From: Octopus vulgaris
Taxonomy: Eukaryota
Length of the DNA stretch: 64,000 bases
Direction of reading: 5' to 3'
Assembly: GCA_951406725.2 (NCBI GenBank)
Contig: OX597822.1
Span: forward strand, 85,436,001-85,500,000
Shown here: positions 51,055 through 63,657 of the stretch, piece by piece
Numbering within the stretch: the stretch's first letter is position 1
Layout: every line of letters starts with the position of its first letter
The notes under the pieces: model-generated
The model's input: only the letters and a program-made list of their open reading frames with translations
What the model was told of the DNA's origin: nothing
The model's database searches: none
Translations under genes and position numbers: made by a program

Positions 51055-51531
51055 TATCCCTGCAGCTGACCACACCACTCCAACGTAAATCACATCGCAT
51101 ACATTTGCTTGTGTGTGAAAGAGAGAGAGAAAAAAATGAGAGAGAAAGAGAGTGAGAGAGCAAGCAAGAGAGAGAGAGAGAGAGAGAGCAGGTGTGTGCA
51201 TACATACATATATACATACACATACATAAATATGCACAATCACATGTTGTGTTTGTGTGGATGCTTATGCACCTGTATGTGTGTGCGTATGTGTGTATGT
51301 GTGTGTGCGTGTGTATGTGTGTGTGTGTGTGTGTGGTGTGTATGTGTATCTTCGCACGTGAACTTGAAGGAATAATTCCTACTTTGTTTTAGAAAATTTC
51401 GTTTGCATTAAAAACACACTCACACGTCCATACTCGTATATAAATGGACAGATTCATATTTTCATTTGTATCTGTCGATTCGTGAATCTTATATTCCTTC
51501 CTTTCACTGTTTATCTGTCTGACTCTCTCTT

Positions 51532-51580
<49 letters not shown>

Positions 51581-51597
51581 ATCTATCTATCTATCTA

Positions 51598-51681
<84 letters not shown>

Positions 51682-51685
<4 letters not shown>

Positions 51686-51776
51686 TAATCCAAACAAGAA
51701 AACAAAAAGACAACAACGCAAGGATGTGGAACAAATAAAGTATTATTGGACGCTCAGGAAAGAAGGGAAGAAGGGT
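51682..51776 (-). mobile_element. Truncated copy of the PLE-terminus-like repeat, flanked by (TA)n
   Basis: GTTAATCCAAACAAG...GGAACAAATAAAGTATTATTGGACGCTCAGGAAAG; stops just before the hammerhead motif. Confidence 0.7.
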
Positions 51777-51950
51777 ATATATATAGATATATATCTATAT
51801 CTATATATATACACGCGCGCGCATACATATATACATACGTACATATATACATGCATACATACATATATACATACATACCTACGTCCATATACAAATATAC
51901 TCCTACGGATATTGTGCAAGAGAGAAAAAGCGAGGGAGACAGTGAAAGGA

Positions 51951-51994
<44 letters not shown>

Positions 51995-52032
51995 GTGTGG
52001 GGTGGGGTACACATATATATACACACACATAT

Positions 52033-52078
<46 letters not shown>

Positions 52079-52494
52079 TAGTAAGATTTATTTTCGTCAT
52101 AAATGGCCTCCTACACCAGCGACACCAACAACAGTTAGAAACACCAGCCATGGAAGACAATAGCAACAGCAACAACAGGGCCACACGTCAAAATAACGAT
52201 GTTTACAGCTACATAAAACAGCCGGAGTGAAAGGCAACGCTGACAACGTTAACAGTTATTACAAGCGTAGCACTAACACTAGCAATAAACAATGGCAATA
52301 AAAGACCCTGAAGATTAACTTCTATTGTCGTATTTTCAGATCACTTCTTCGACACAGAAACTGGCTGGAATTAACGCCGTTTGTCCCGACGTCTCACTTG
52401 ATATCTCTCTCGTTCGGCCATTACTCTACATTGAATTTGGTAAATTGTGTGAGAGTGTATGACGTGTGACTGTGTGACCGGTGTAAGGTGTTAG

Positions 52495-52962
52495 TTGGGG
52501 AAAGAGAGAGAGGGAGAGGAAGGGGAAAGAATGGAGAGGGAGAGAGAGATGAGAGGGAGAGGTGAGAGAGAGAGGGAGGGGAAAGAAGCGAGAGGGAGAG
52601 AGACGGGAGGGAAAAGTGAGAGAGAGAGAGAGAGATAGTTATGGGTGACGAGAAAATGAAAGAAGTGGAATGAAGAGATGAAGAGGAGGAGGATAAGGTG
52701 GATGAAGTGGAGGAGGGGAAGGAGGAGGGAGGAGGAAAGTGAGAAGGAAAGTGGAAAGAGAGGAAGGTGGAAAGAGGAGAGGGAGGGGAGGAGGAAGGGG
52801 AAAGAAGCGGGGAGATACGGATAAAAGGAAGGGTTGAGAGCTGCAAAAAGTTGGGGTGATGGGACGAAGGAGAGAAGAAGAGGAGAAAGAAGAAGTGGCA
52901 GGAGGAGTAAAGAAGGAGAGGAGGCGGAAGATGATGATAATGAGGTAGAGGAGGAGGAGGGA
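52495..52962. repeat. Polypurine (GA-rich) low-complexity tract
   Basis: About 470 bp, mostly G/A on the + strand. Confidence 0.85.
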
Positions 52963-53379
52963 ATCACGTGAAAATGTGTCGCCTGCTTGGTGAAATATGT
53001 TTAATGGCGGACGTCTTATGTCTAAGCGATGACGAGGACGTCGACGATGTTTACACGACAACGATGACGTTGATGATGGCGATGGGGATGACGATAGCGA
53101 TGTTCTTTCTTTCCGTTGGCGGAGGTGGGGATGGTGGTGGTGGTGGCAGTGGCGATGGCAAATGGCCGAAGTACAATCGTTGATGCAACCAAGATAATGT
53201 AAATGTCTGCGGTGACCCGAGATAGGATTAAAGAGGAAAGGAGAGCCATGGCTAAATAAATGATAATAGCTGTCAAGTGGTTGTGGCGGCGTTTACAGAC
53301 TTAGTTCTCTCTTTCGTTTTCTTTTTTTTCTCGTTCTTTTTTTAAAATTTTGCTGTTGTTGTTGTTGTTTCAAAGAGGC

Positions 53380-53480
53380 AATTAGACCGAATCGCTGCAA
53401 GGGTCATAAACAATAGATCAGGTCACGTGCGATATGTATGGATTAAGTCGGGTGGATTACGGATAGATTAAACCCTATTA
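53380..53480. promoter_or_regulatory. Candidate enhancer island
   Basis: AAGGGTCA, ATAAACAAT, GGTCACGTG (53421-29), GGATTA twice (53440, 53454) and AGATTA (53465). Confidence 0.4.
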
Positions 53481-54881
53481 TTAAAAGAATTGCATTGTTT
53501 CAATGGAAAATTTAACGCAACAATTGAAATGGAAAATGGAAAAACAGAAGAAGAATCAAAGGAAAATAAAGAGAAGAAAAGAAAGGCCTCGTGTATCGGC
53601 TGCCATCCACTTCTTTTGTGATTTTATTTTCGTTTTTCAGCTGAAACTGGAACTGATCAACTTGTAGTGAATGTTTGGGCCGGTTGCAGTGCTGCTGTCC
53701 CTGCTTGGATGAGCACAGCCATTGTCAATTATTCTTAGTCATATCAATATATGTAATAATACATAACGAACTTCAATGCCTGACCCTCCTTCTCGCCAAA
53801 AACAACCGCAACATCAACGACGTCGTCATTCGCAAATACAGCGACGACATTTTCAGCTTCGACTAACACTACAAACTATAACAACGCCATTCGTTCATTT
53901 TTTTCCTTTAATGGTTGCTTCGCCTCCCTCTATGTTTTTTTTACACGAACCCATTCACAGAACAAACTTGCATACGCAGACACTAAAACTTAAACACGCA
54001 TACACAATAAACTTCCACACACACTCTCATACACACGCGCACACACACACACACAACACATGCACATACATTAAACTCACACATATACACACACAGAAAT
54101 CAGTTGGCTGTAATTTTGACTGCGATATGGAGCGGTGGTTGGGGAGCGGGTTTCTTTAGTCGCAGAACGTTTCTAAAATGCACAGCGGTGGTGCCGCTGA
54201 ATTACAGCGACTTGAGGGCGTGTTCGAATTCGTCGCGCCTAGATTTTCATAATTTTTTTCAAAGTAGCTGGCACCGCCTATACTTTATGTATTGTTCTTG
54301 CTAAACTTACACCACAAAACCCATCCACAACACCTTCCTTCTCGCCGGTTACAGAATATAAAAATAAAATAATCTAAGACTGATTATCCAGTAAATTAAA
54401 ATAATAAAAATTATAACTTAAACCAAACTTGTCCTGAATTAAAGTTTCTGATAAACTCTTGCATACGAACTCCATTGGTGTTCCCTTGGTTTATTCAATT
54501 TCCTAAGGCGTCAGTCCATTTCAATGGTGCTTCTTTCAACAGATATAACAGACAAAATCAGGCCAGGGCAAACCAGGACATTGCCCGCGATCGAAAATTT
54601 AATCTTAATGTCACCTGTGCCATAATCCAGTCATTCTGTGTTCAGGATTTGACTTTCAGAGAAACCGTGTCTTAATTCAAGTGTTGCCACGGCAGACATC
54701 GTTAATAAGTCATAGTCGTGCGCTTATTCTACACATCAGTGTGGTGAATACGAACAGGTATCAACGTATTTACGCCAGTTTACGCCTGTTCCTATCTTTT
54801 TGCTTTTATTTCGGGTAACATTTGTTGAGTTTCCACCGCATTTCGACATTCCATCGTCATACATCATCCTCATCATCATCG

Positions 54882-54918
<37 letters not shown>

Positions 54919-55469
54919 TATCATCATCATCATCATCACCATCATCAATCCTGGGCGTAACTGTCACAGGGTCCCAGGTCTGATAGGGTCTGGTTTCCAG
55001 GTTTCCACAGTGAATAATTGACCGAGATCCGGAACAGGACACCGGGCCATAGCAGGGGTGACCCATTTACAGCTGAGTGGACTGGAGCAACGTGAAATGA
55101 AATGTTTTGCTCAAGAGCACAACGTGCTACCCAATCCGGGAATCGAAATCATGATCTAGCGATTAAGAGTTCAAACAGGCCCACCCTTACCTCTTGGCTA
55201 AGTGCATTTACTAGATACACATCGAGTACCTTATATTCAAGTGTAGAGGACCAAACAAGCTGTTACGGCTTCGTCCCTTGACTTTCGCTCACTTAACTCC
55301 CAGCTTCGGTGCCCTTCTAGTTATAAGGGGATAGAGCAGGTCGGGTGGAGGAGGGGTGGGGACAGAGGATTCGCCGTTTTATGCAGCACAGGCCCTGAAG
55401 TACCCAACCATGCAGTATACATTGGGATACCTTGACCTACGTTGTATTTGGTGCAGAGATTATATTATG

Positions 55470-55765
55470 GTGAAGGCGCGTGGCTTAACGGTTAAGGGAT
55501 TTCGGCTCAAGATCGTCAAGGCGTGAGTTCGATTCCTAGGGCGCATTGTGCTCCAGTCCACTCAGTTGGCAAAAATGAGTTGTACCTGTATTTTTAAAGG
55601 TTCAGCCGTGTCACATTTGGTGTCATTCTGAATCTCCCTGAGAACTACGTTAAGGGTTATGAATCTCTGTTGAGTACTCAGTCACTTGCACATTAATTTC
55701 ACGAACAGGCTGTTTCTTTGATCGGATCAACTGGAACACTCATCATCGTAATCGATGGAGGACCA
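55470..55765 (+). mobile_element. tRNA-derived SINE (family C-related)
   Basis: GTGAAGGCGCGTGGCTTAACGGTTAAGG...GAGTTCGATTCC; body shared with 32895-33215. Confidence 0.78.
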
Positions 55766-56484
55766 GTTTCATTATAATATGATAAATAAATTAATGTTTC
55801 CAAGCATGTTTAGTCGATATCTCCAAGCTAAACATTCCTGTCTTCAACGACAAAAATTTAAGTTAAGGACCAGAACATCAAACCACCCAGGTAAATATAT
55901 TTAAAAGTATCAGTTTCCGAAAAGGTCCCAACTGCAGCTTATAAAATATTTGAAATGGCTGCATCCCCCCACCCCCCAAAAAACAAAAAAAAATGAAGTC
56001 TAATATTTTAACGGAAACAAATATTTTGCCTTCAGAAATGATGTTAAGATAATTCTAGCAGAGTAAGAAATAGAAAAATATTCCTCTCTCAAATGTTATG
56101 GTTTCTTGCTACATTTTGGAACTCGTTGCTGACACCGAGAAATCTCGGTGAAATGCTCCAACAAATTCATGACTCAACAGACGATAAATAGTAAAAATGC
56201 AGCTTTTAGTGTTTATTCGTTTCACTGAAAAAGAATAGAAATGAAAAGCACTAAAAAGATGAAGACATTTTTCATATTTTAAATATCTAGAAAATTAGAA
56301 TTATCTTTACAACTCATCTGATGTTATATGTACCAATGGATTCCCGTCTTTGGTCGACTGTGTTTCGAGGTGTTACTATAACTCACTGCTTTCTACATAA
56401 TCGAAACACTGGGTGTTGCAAGTTTTAGATCAAATTACTGAAGTGGTTAATTTTATTAGAAACAGATTTTAAACAGATTTTATT

Positions 56485-56655
56485 GGCGTAGGAGTGGCTG
56501 TGTGGTAAGTAGCTTGCTTACCAACCACATGGTTCCGGGTTCAGTCCCACTGCGTGCCACCTTGTTCAAGTGTCTTCTACTATAGCCTCGGGCCGACCAA
56601 AGCCTTGTGAGTGGATTTGGTAGACGGAAACTGAAAGAAGCCCGTCGTATATATG

Positions 56656-56686
<31 letters not shown>

Positions 56687-56880
56687 ATATGTTTGTGTGT
56701 CTGTGTTTGTCGCCCCAACATCGCTTGACAACCGATGCTGGTGTGTTTACGTCTCCGTAACTTAGCGGTTCGGCAAAAAGAGACCGATAGAATAAGTACT
56801 AGGCTTACAAAGAATAAGTCCTGGGGTCGATTTGCTCGACTAAAGGCGGTGCTGAAACAAGTAAAAAGAGTAAAAAGAGA
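56485..56880 (+). mobile_element. SINE family A, near full length
   Basis: tRNA-like head, internal (TA)/(TG) tract and GTAAAAAGA tail repeat. Confidence 0.9.
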
Positions 56881-57077
56881 GACCTTTGTAAATAGTTGCA
56901 ATTCGAATGTTGGGTTTCTAGCCTGGTATATTTGACAAAGAGGATAATTCAATGCCTTAAGATCTTGAACAGAAGTATGTAAAGAAAAACGAAAATATAT
57001 TGAAACCTGCAACAAAAATAATAATTGGGAACAGAAAAAGGTAAAAGACGTTAATCTTGAATTATTTTACTTTAGAA

Positions 57078-57372
57078 GAGTGGTTCTCCATTTGACCCCT
57101 GAGGGTCCATAATAGATTTTTAGGGGTTCACGCTAGAAAAACAGTAAACTGGGAATCTGCTGTAATATTTTAAAGGTCCGTGAAACTTTTTGTTTTAGAA
57201 ATAGCAAGATTTCTTTCCCAAACGTTTTACATAATTCATGAAACGAGAAATAGTAATTTTGAAAGAAATATCTATAAAACTAGTATTTAAACATCAAATT
57301 GTTATGGGGACCCACCGGAGTAAAATAGTAATCAAAAAGGGCCCATGGATGAAGAATGATTGAGAAACGCTG
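57078..57372. mobile_element. hAT (Charlie-like) MITE with 8-bp target duplication
   Basis: Termini GAGTGGTTCTC and GAGAAACGCTG; flanks CTTTAGAA (57070-77) and CTTTGGAA (57373-80). Confidence 0.78.
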
Positions 57373-57879
57373 CTTTGGAAGGTAAAACTCATATAAATGA
57401 AGTGATTTCTTTCATAATTGAGTAGTTGACAATTCTAGAAGAGAAACTGAGCTATTATCTTCAATCTTTAAACATAGAACAGTGTAATAAATTTAAAAGC
57501 TCTATATGGTAATACCAACTAATTTAGGTCTGAAATTATCTGAAGAAGACGAATTGGTTTCTACGCCTAATTTGTCGTGGTCTAAAAATCAAATATGAAG
57601 TGGGGGTCTCTCTTGAAAATGTTTACCTTCCATCTAAGAAGAATATCCTACAATAGTTTTATCAATTTTAATCTATTATTTTTCAATAAATTATTTATGT
57701 GAAATTAATGGCAAATTGACAAAATCAATAGAGCTTTGAACAAAATGTCTCGTGGTATTTGTTCCAACTCTCGGCCGTTTGAATTCAATTCATGGTTGGC
57801 TTTATCTTGCCCCATGTTTGGAGTCGATTAAAAAACACCAATCGAGGAGGACAGTGAGTTGGCCGAAAGGTTTGCGAGT

Positions 57880-58290
57880 CGGACTAAATGCCTTTCGATA
57901 TGTATTCCGGCATTGTGTGTTCTACCTTTAACCACTGCGATGACACTGGTACCCAGTTGTATCGAGAAAAGTCGATGACCTTTTTTCCCCTTAAATAAAC
58001 ATCAGCGATGTGAGGCGGGCAGATTTGTATACACAGGCAAATGCTGCCAGTCTTCCTCAAAGAAAGCATTTCCCAGGCTTTTACATTTAAGAACAGATCA
58101 ATGTTCAGTCGTGATCCACTAAGACCCTTTTTATTTATATAAATCAGGATTTTCTTTATTGATTCCATGCGAAAAAGAGGACACTATTCAATGCATTGAG
58201 AAAGAAATGAAAGTCTGTTTATCGCAAAGACGTCTCCTTATATTGAAAACATGGCTGAAGAACATCAGTCAGCTTTCACACAAACAGGAT
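57880..58290 (-). mobile_element. Possible PLE RT remnant
   Basis: ILFVKAD and ICLCIQICPPHIADVYL weakly resemble the PLE ADK and GxCIGSxxAPxxADxYL motifs. Confidence 0.35.
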
Positions 58291-58554
58291 TAATAAATGT
58301 CACTAATAACTGTGTATCGTTTTTTGTTTTGTTTCATTTTTTTTTTGTTCTTCTGAAATTTGAACTTTAAAACATGATTTAAAAAACTGTTCAAACACTC
58401 CAGTAACGTCATATTTAATCTGTGATACATCCCAAACCATAGGGTTGTTTGACATCCTAGAAATAGCAGCAAATTTTTCCCAAAACTACACCCTACCGTC
58501 TTAAGAGTAGATACAATATGTATTCCTTTCTGCTATAGGTACAAGGCCTGAAAC

Positions 58555-58680
58555 TGGCTTTGGTCGGCCCGAGGCTCTAGTAGAAAACACTTGCCAAATG
58601 TGCCACGCAGCGGGGCTGAACCCGGAACCATGTGGTTGGGAAGCAAGCTTCTTACCACACAGCCACTCCTGCGGCGCCTA
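58555..58680 (-). mobile_element. SINE family A head
   Basis: Reverse of GGCGCCGCAGGAGTGGCTGTGTGGTAAGAAGCTTGC. Confidence 0.82.
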
Positions 58681-58871
58681 CATACAAAATCAGTTTCATA
58701 ATATTTCTTACTAAATAATTTGTCTGAATTGCTTCGTGTTTCGGCGTCTGTGGCAGCGCATGGGTGGGAGTATGTGCGTCTGTATGAATGTGCGCTTGTA
58801 TGTGTGAGTGTGTGTAAGTGCGTAAGTGTGTGTAAGTGTTTGCGAGTTTGTGTGTACGTGCATATGTGTGT

Positions 58872-58909
<38 letters not shown>

Positions 58910-59219
58910 GTGTATATGTAAATGTAGTTGTGTGCAATGTATATTTGCAGAAAGGTGATCCGTGTCTAACCCCTGGGGCCAGTTGTGTGTCGAGGGTGAG
59001 AGTTGGGGGAGTGGGTGAAAGGTTTTGAAACAGGAAGGTAAGGGGTTTGATGTAACGGAACTCGGTAAACATGTGACAGCTGTGTCAATAGTTAGGTCAC
59101 ATGACTGCACAAATATTCGATAAGACACGCCCGTTTACATCTGATCCCGTTTAGTCCCGTTTGCGACGTTAGACCATTTATGTTGTTCATGATCAGGTTG
59201 CTGTTGCTGCTGCTGCTGC

Positions 59220-59253
<34 letters not shown>

Positions 59254-59669
59254 GCTGTTGTTTTTGCTGTGGTTGCTATTGTTGTTGTAATCTTTCTTAT
59301 GACAAAAAATGTTATTAATACAAACCCATTACCAGTTCAAATATATTTTCGAGGCTTATTCGAACTTGTAATCAAGCTATTTACAGTATTTTGTGATGGA
59401 GAAGATTTCTTGCTGCAGGCAAACCGGTGTAGATACAACCGAGTCAGTTCACAACATTGCCTAACCAGAGGGACCTGTCCCTCCTTGTCAGCTTGCAGCA
59501 CTTCACTTTCCGAAAAGTGATGACTCCGTGTATTTACACCACTTTGTCAACAGCGAGAAATTTTCTCCAACGCAAAGTGCAGTGAATGGCTTTCTCGCGG
59601 GTACGAACTTGCCTCAAGCATATTTGAAACCCACAAAGAAAGCCATTCGCCGTATAGTTATAAATTCTG

Positions 59670-59866
59670 CTTTAGAAATATTTATTGCAACAAACAGCTG
59701 GGTTTCTTTCTCTCGAGTTATTTTGTTATTTTGTGAAAAGCACAATAGGAATTTTGAAAGAAGTCCCTATAAAACTAGTTTTTAAACAGCCAATGGCTAT
59801 GGAGGTCCACTAAAATGGAATAGTAATCAGAGGGGTCCGTAGGTGCAAAATGGCTGAGAACCGCTG
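59670..59866. mobile_element. hAT MITE, right half
   Basis: Body shared with 57200-57372; terminus TGAGAACCGCTG. Confidence 0.65.
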
Positions 59867-60625
59867 GGCTCTATAAAGACACCGTCATCACCAGCCTAAC
59901 TCCACCAGTGGTTGAGTGACTATTCTAATTAGTGTAGCACTTGTTGTATTTATAATTGATGCTATTCCATTCATTGGACTGCGGCCATCCTGGGGTACCA
60001 CCAATAAGGGTTTTAGTCGATCCTCAAGACTCTGGTACTGTTCATGGCTTCATCGGTTTCAAACCTGGAAAACTAAAACACCTTGCACAAAAGATCTCAA
60101 CTATTATCCACATCAATAAAGCGCGTAACTTTTTTTCCTTGTTAACCATTTGTATACAAAAGAATATCAAAAATAAGTATAAATGCCTGGATATTGGTGG
60201 ACATCATGTTCTTGAATCCCAAGTCAGCCCTTGTCCAACAAATTTAGGATTAAAGGTCTTCTAGTTGTGACCATCTCTATTATTTTTAACTGCATATATA
60301 GGACAATATTTTCCAATATTTTTGCTCTCAGATAAGGGGGCGAACTGGTAGCACCGAGAAAAAGGCTTGGCAGTATCTCTTCTGACTTTACATTCTGACT
60401 CCAAATGCCGCCGGGGTCTACTTTTTGCCTTTCATCTTTTTGTGGGGGTCGATAAAATAATCGACTTATCCCCTCCTCTAAAATTGTCAGCTCTGTGCTA
60501 AAATTTGAAATCAATATTTTGCTCTTTGCAAAAAAAGTGTAATTTGAAGTCTGTTTTAGTTGCTGATTCTAGTAGATCGGGCAACCACATAGAGGCTACC
60601 TCACTGGGTCACTAATGATCTTTCT

Positions 60626-60856
60626 TATTTCTTTATTGCCCACAAGGGGCTAAACATAGAGGGGACAAACAAGGACAGACAGACGGATTAAGCCGATTAT
60701 ATCGACCCCAGTACGTAACTGGTACTTAATTTATCGACCCCGAAAGGATGAAAGGCAAAGTCGACCTAGGCGGAATTTGAACTCAGAACGTAGCGGCAGA
60801 CGAAATACCACTCAGCATTTCTCTCAGCGCGCTAACGTTTCTGCCAGCTCGTCGCC
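60626..60856 (-). mobile_element. SINE family B, young copy with target-site duplication
   Basis: Full body flanked by CTAATGATCTTTCT at 60612-60625 and 60856-60869. Confidence 0.92.
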
Positions 60857-61326
60857 TAATGATCTTTCTATCTTCCCTCTCCCCACCCGCAATGAGTGGT
60901 ACAAATTGTTTATGTACGATTTTGTCCCAAATAAGGTGTGAGGCTAGAGTAGTGCAATTGAGAAGAAAGACTAGAAAGAAAGGGCAGAAACCAGAAAGAA
61001 ACAAGGGGTATTGAGAGCCAAAGAGCAGCAATTTGAAGAAAGATGTTATTAGAATAAAAGGACTTAGGACTAACAGGAAGCTCAATAGAGAAACAATGCG
61101 CCGGGCAGGAGAATCGGATGACATGGGTCTTTACAGAGCGTAGAAGACCAGAAAGTTCATCCGTCAAAGCTTTTCTTACGCAAAAAGACATTCACCCAAT
61201 GTGTTTTCTAACTGCTAGCATTGGTATTGACTTGGGTTACTTGATTAGTTTATAGAGAAAGGTCCCTCTGTTAAAATTTTTAAAAAATTTAATTGTTATA
61301 CTTTAACATCACACACAGCGTGTGTG

Positions 61327-61436
<110 letters not shown>

Positions 61437-61739
61437 TGTGTGTATTTTAATATATGGTGTATCTAAGTAAATTCCTTTCTCGAATTCGAGTTTCATGCCA
61501 CCGCGATTGTCAAGCGAGAACTGGTTCACCACCGATTAACACAGGACAATGAGGTTTATTCATCTACTCTTCGAAGATAAAGCTTCTCATCGTCGCTACT
61601 CTGAATTCTGAATTTATCATTTCTGTATTCTACATAGGCACATCAGATTTGTAGGGAAACTAAAAGCAGAAGCAACAATGAGAAGCATCAATTTCCAATT
61701 AATTGATATATACAATACTCTCCTATATATATATATATA

Positions 61740-61856
61740 TAGAATAAGTACTGGGCTTACAAAGAATAAGTCCCGGGGTCGAGTTGCTCGATTAAAGGCG
61801 GTGCTCCAGCATGGCCGCAGTCAAATGACTGAAACAAGTAAAAGAGTAAAGAGTAA
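61740..61856 (+). mobile_element. SINE family A 3' end
   Basis: AGAATAAGTACTGGGCTTACAAAGAATAAGTCC...CTGAAACAAGTAAAAGAGTAAAGAG. Confidence 0.85.
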
Positions 61857-61859
61857 TGA

Positions 61860-61906
<47 letters not shown>

Positions 61907-61964
61907 TTTATACACACACATATATATATATATATACATACTTTATTTAAAGCAGCAGAAAATT

Positions 61965-62020
61965 CAACAAAATCTGTTACTCTGAGTTTCTCGTTGCCGT
62001 TCATCAGACAGTTTTTGCTA
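61965..62020 (-). ncRNA. Type I hammerhead ribozyme
   Basis: UAGCAAAAACUGU-CUGAUGA-ACGGCAACGA-GAAA-CUCAGAG-UA/ACAGAUUUUGUUG: intact core, helix I with 12 of 13 pairs, GCAA-looped mini helix II, self-complementary helix III, GUA site (cut 61978/61977), AAUAAA downstream. Confidence 0.78.
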
Positions 62021-62052
62021 TACATATATATATACACACACACACATATAGA

Positions 62053-62108
<56 letters not shown>

Positions 62109-62217
62109 CATTTTAATAGTAATGGTATGACAACAAAAGAATGAATGAGACCGCGATATTATGTAAATAGAGGAATTTATCTGTAATATGAAATGTGACA
62201 ATTATTCGGTTGCCATT

Positions 62218-62276
62218 ATAAAACTCCGAGTTTCGGATATCAGGGCGGATGCCTACTCCGGTATCTCGTCAGTTAT
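62218..62276 (-). ncRNA. Type I hammerhead ribozyme with long helix II
   Basis: AUAA-CUGACGA-GAUACCGGAGUAGGCAUCCGCCCUGAUAUCC-GAAA-CUCGGAG-UU/UUAU: intact core, 4-bp helix I, helix III ACUC-G-GAGU, GUU site (cut 62222/62221). Confidence 0.62.
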
Positions 62277-62286
62277 CAAGAAAATC

Positions 62287-62347
<61 letters not shown>

Positions 62348-62406
62348 GGAATAGTTAGTATGAATCATTTTATGGAATAAATTATATAAAATTCGTGGAT
62401 AAGGTC

Positions 62407-62495
62407 GGAATAATGCGAAATAAATCTAAGTCACCATTGACCTGTTTTCTTGTGATTTTCTCGTGATTTACCTTGGATTAATTTCGCATTGTTCC
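62407..62495. repeat. Inverted repeat with 24-bp arms inside a (TA)n-flanked segment
   Basis: GGAATAATGCGAAATAAATCTAAG pairs with CTTGGATTAATTTCGCATTGTTCC. Confidence 0.75.
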
Positions 62496-62513
62496 AGTCT
62501 CACCCACGTATTT

Positions 62514-62517
<4 letters not shown>

Positions 62518-62577
<60 letters not shown>

Positions 62578-62691
62578 GTGTATGTATGTATGTATGTATG
62601 TATGTATGTATGTATGTATATACACACACAGACCTATCTACGTATGCGTGTCTATTTATATATATGTATGTCTATATATAAATATATGTAC

Positions 62692-62727
<36 letters not shown>

Positions 62728-62730
62728 ATG

Positions 62731-62827
<97 letters not shown>

Positions 62828-62976
62828 AACATATATACACGCACGTGCGTATATGCATATATTGAAAAACTTGAACACATACACCCACGACAACAGAAGC
62901 CACTCAAAGATATCTATATACACTTCTTATGGGGAAAAAAGAATAAATAAACATATATATATATATATATATATAT

Positions 62977-63035
<59 letters not shown>

Positions 63036-63474
63036 ATAAACAAAGTTGAAAATAAAAGCAAATAAAATAAGAAAAAATGTCAATAGAAGAAAGGAAATGA
63101 AGAAATAAAGAGGAAAAAGTCAATATAGAAGTAATTATGTGAGAACACATCTCTTTATCGATCTGAGATCAAGGTTTGTTGGTGTTTTGCACACCTGGAC
63201 GGAGGCGATACTGGAAATTAATAGAAAAGAAATGTTTGAGGCATTGATGTGGCATGAAACTTTATACAATTTGGAGTTAAGTGAGTGACTTAGAGTTTCG
63301 ATTGGCTGCAAAGGAAGGGCTGCGGACGGTACAGATGTACAGCAGGCACACATTCTCACCACAATCAGAGAAGCATATTCATACTCATATGCGTGTGTGT
63401 GCGTGCGTGCATGCGTGCGTGCGTGCGTGTGTGTGTGTACGTGTGTGTAAATGTATGGGTCTGGGTGCGTGTAT

Positions 63475-63533
<59 letters not shown>

Positions 63534-63572
63534 GCACCCTGAAACATACATATATATGAGAGAGAGAGAGAG

Positions 63573-63657
<85 letters not shown>

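Noticed and set aside
53641-53740. Plus-strand acceptor TTTTCGTTTTTCAG followed by a short open frame
   Set aside because: No recognisable protein, early stop, and no supporting donor or partner exon.
57540-57595. CTGAAGA-AGAC...GTCT-AAAA hammerhead-like motif
   Set aside because: Catalytic G12 is missing and helices I and III cannot be formed.
60890-61200. Purine-rich coding-like stretch
   Set aside because: Interrupted by stops and no recognisable motif.
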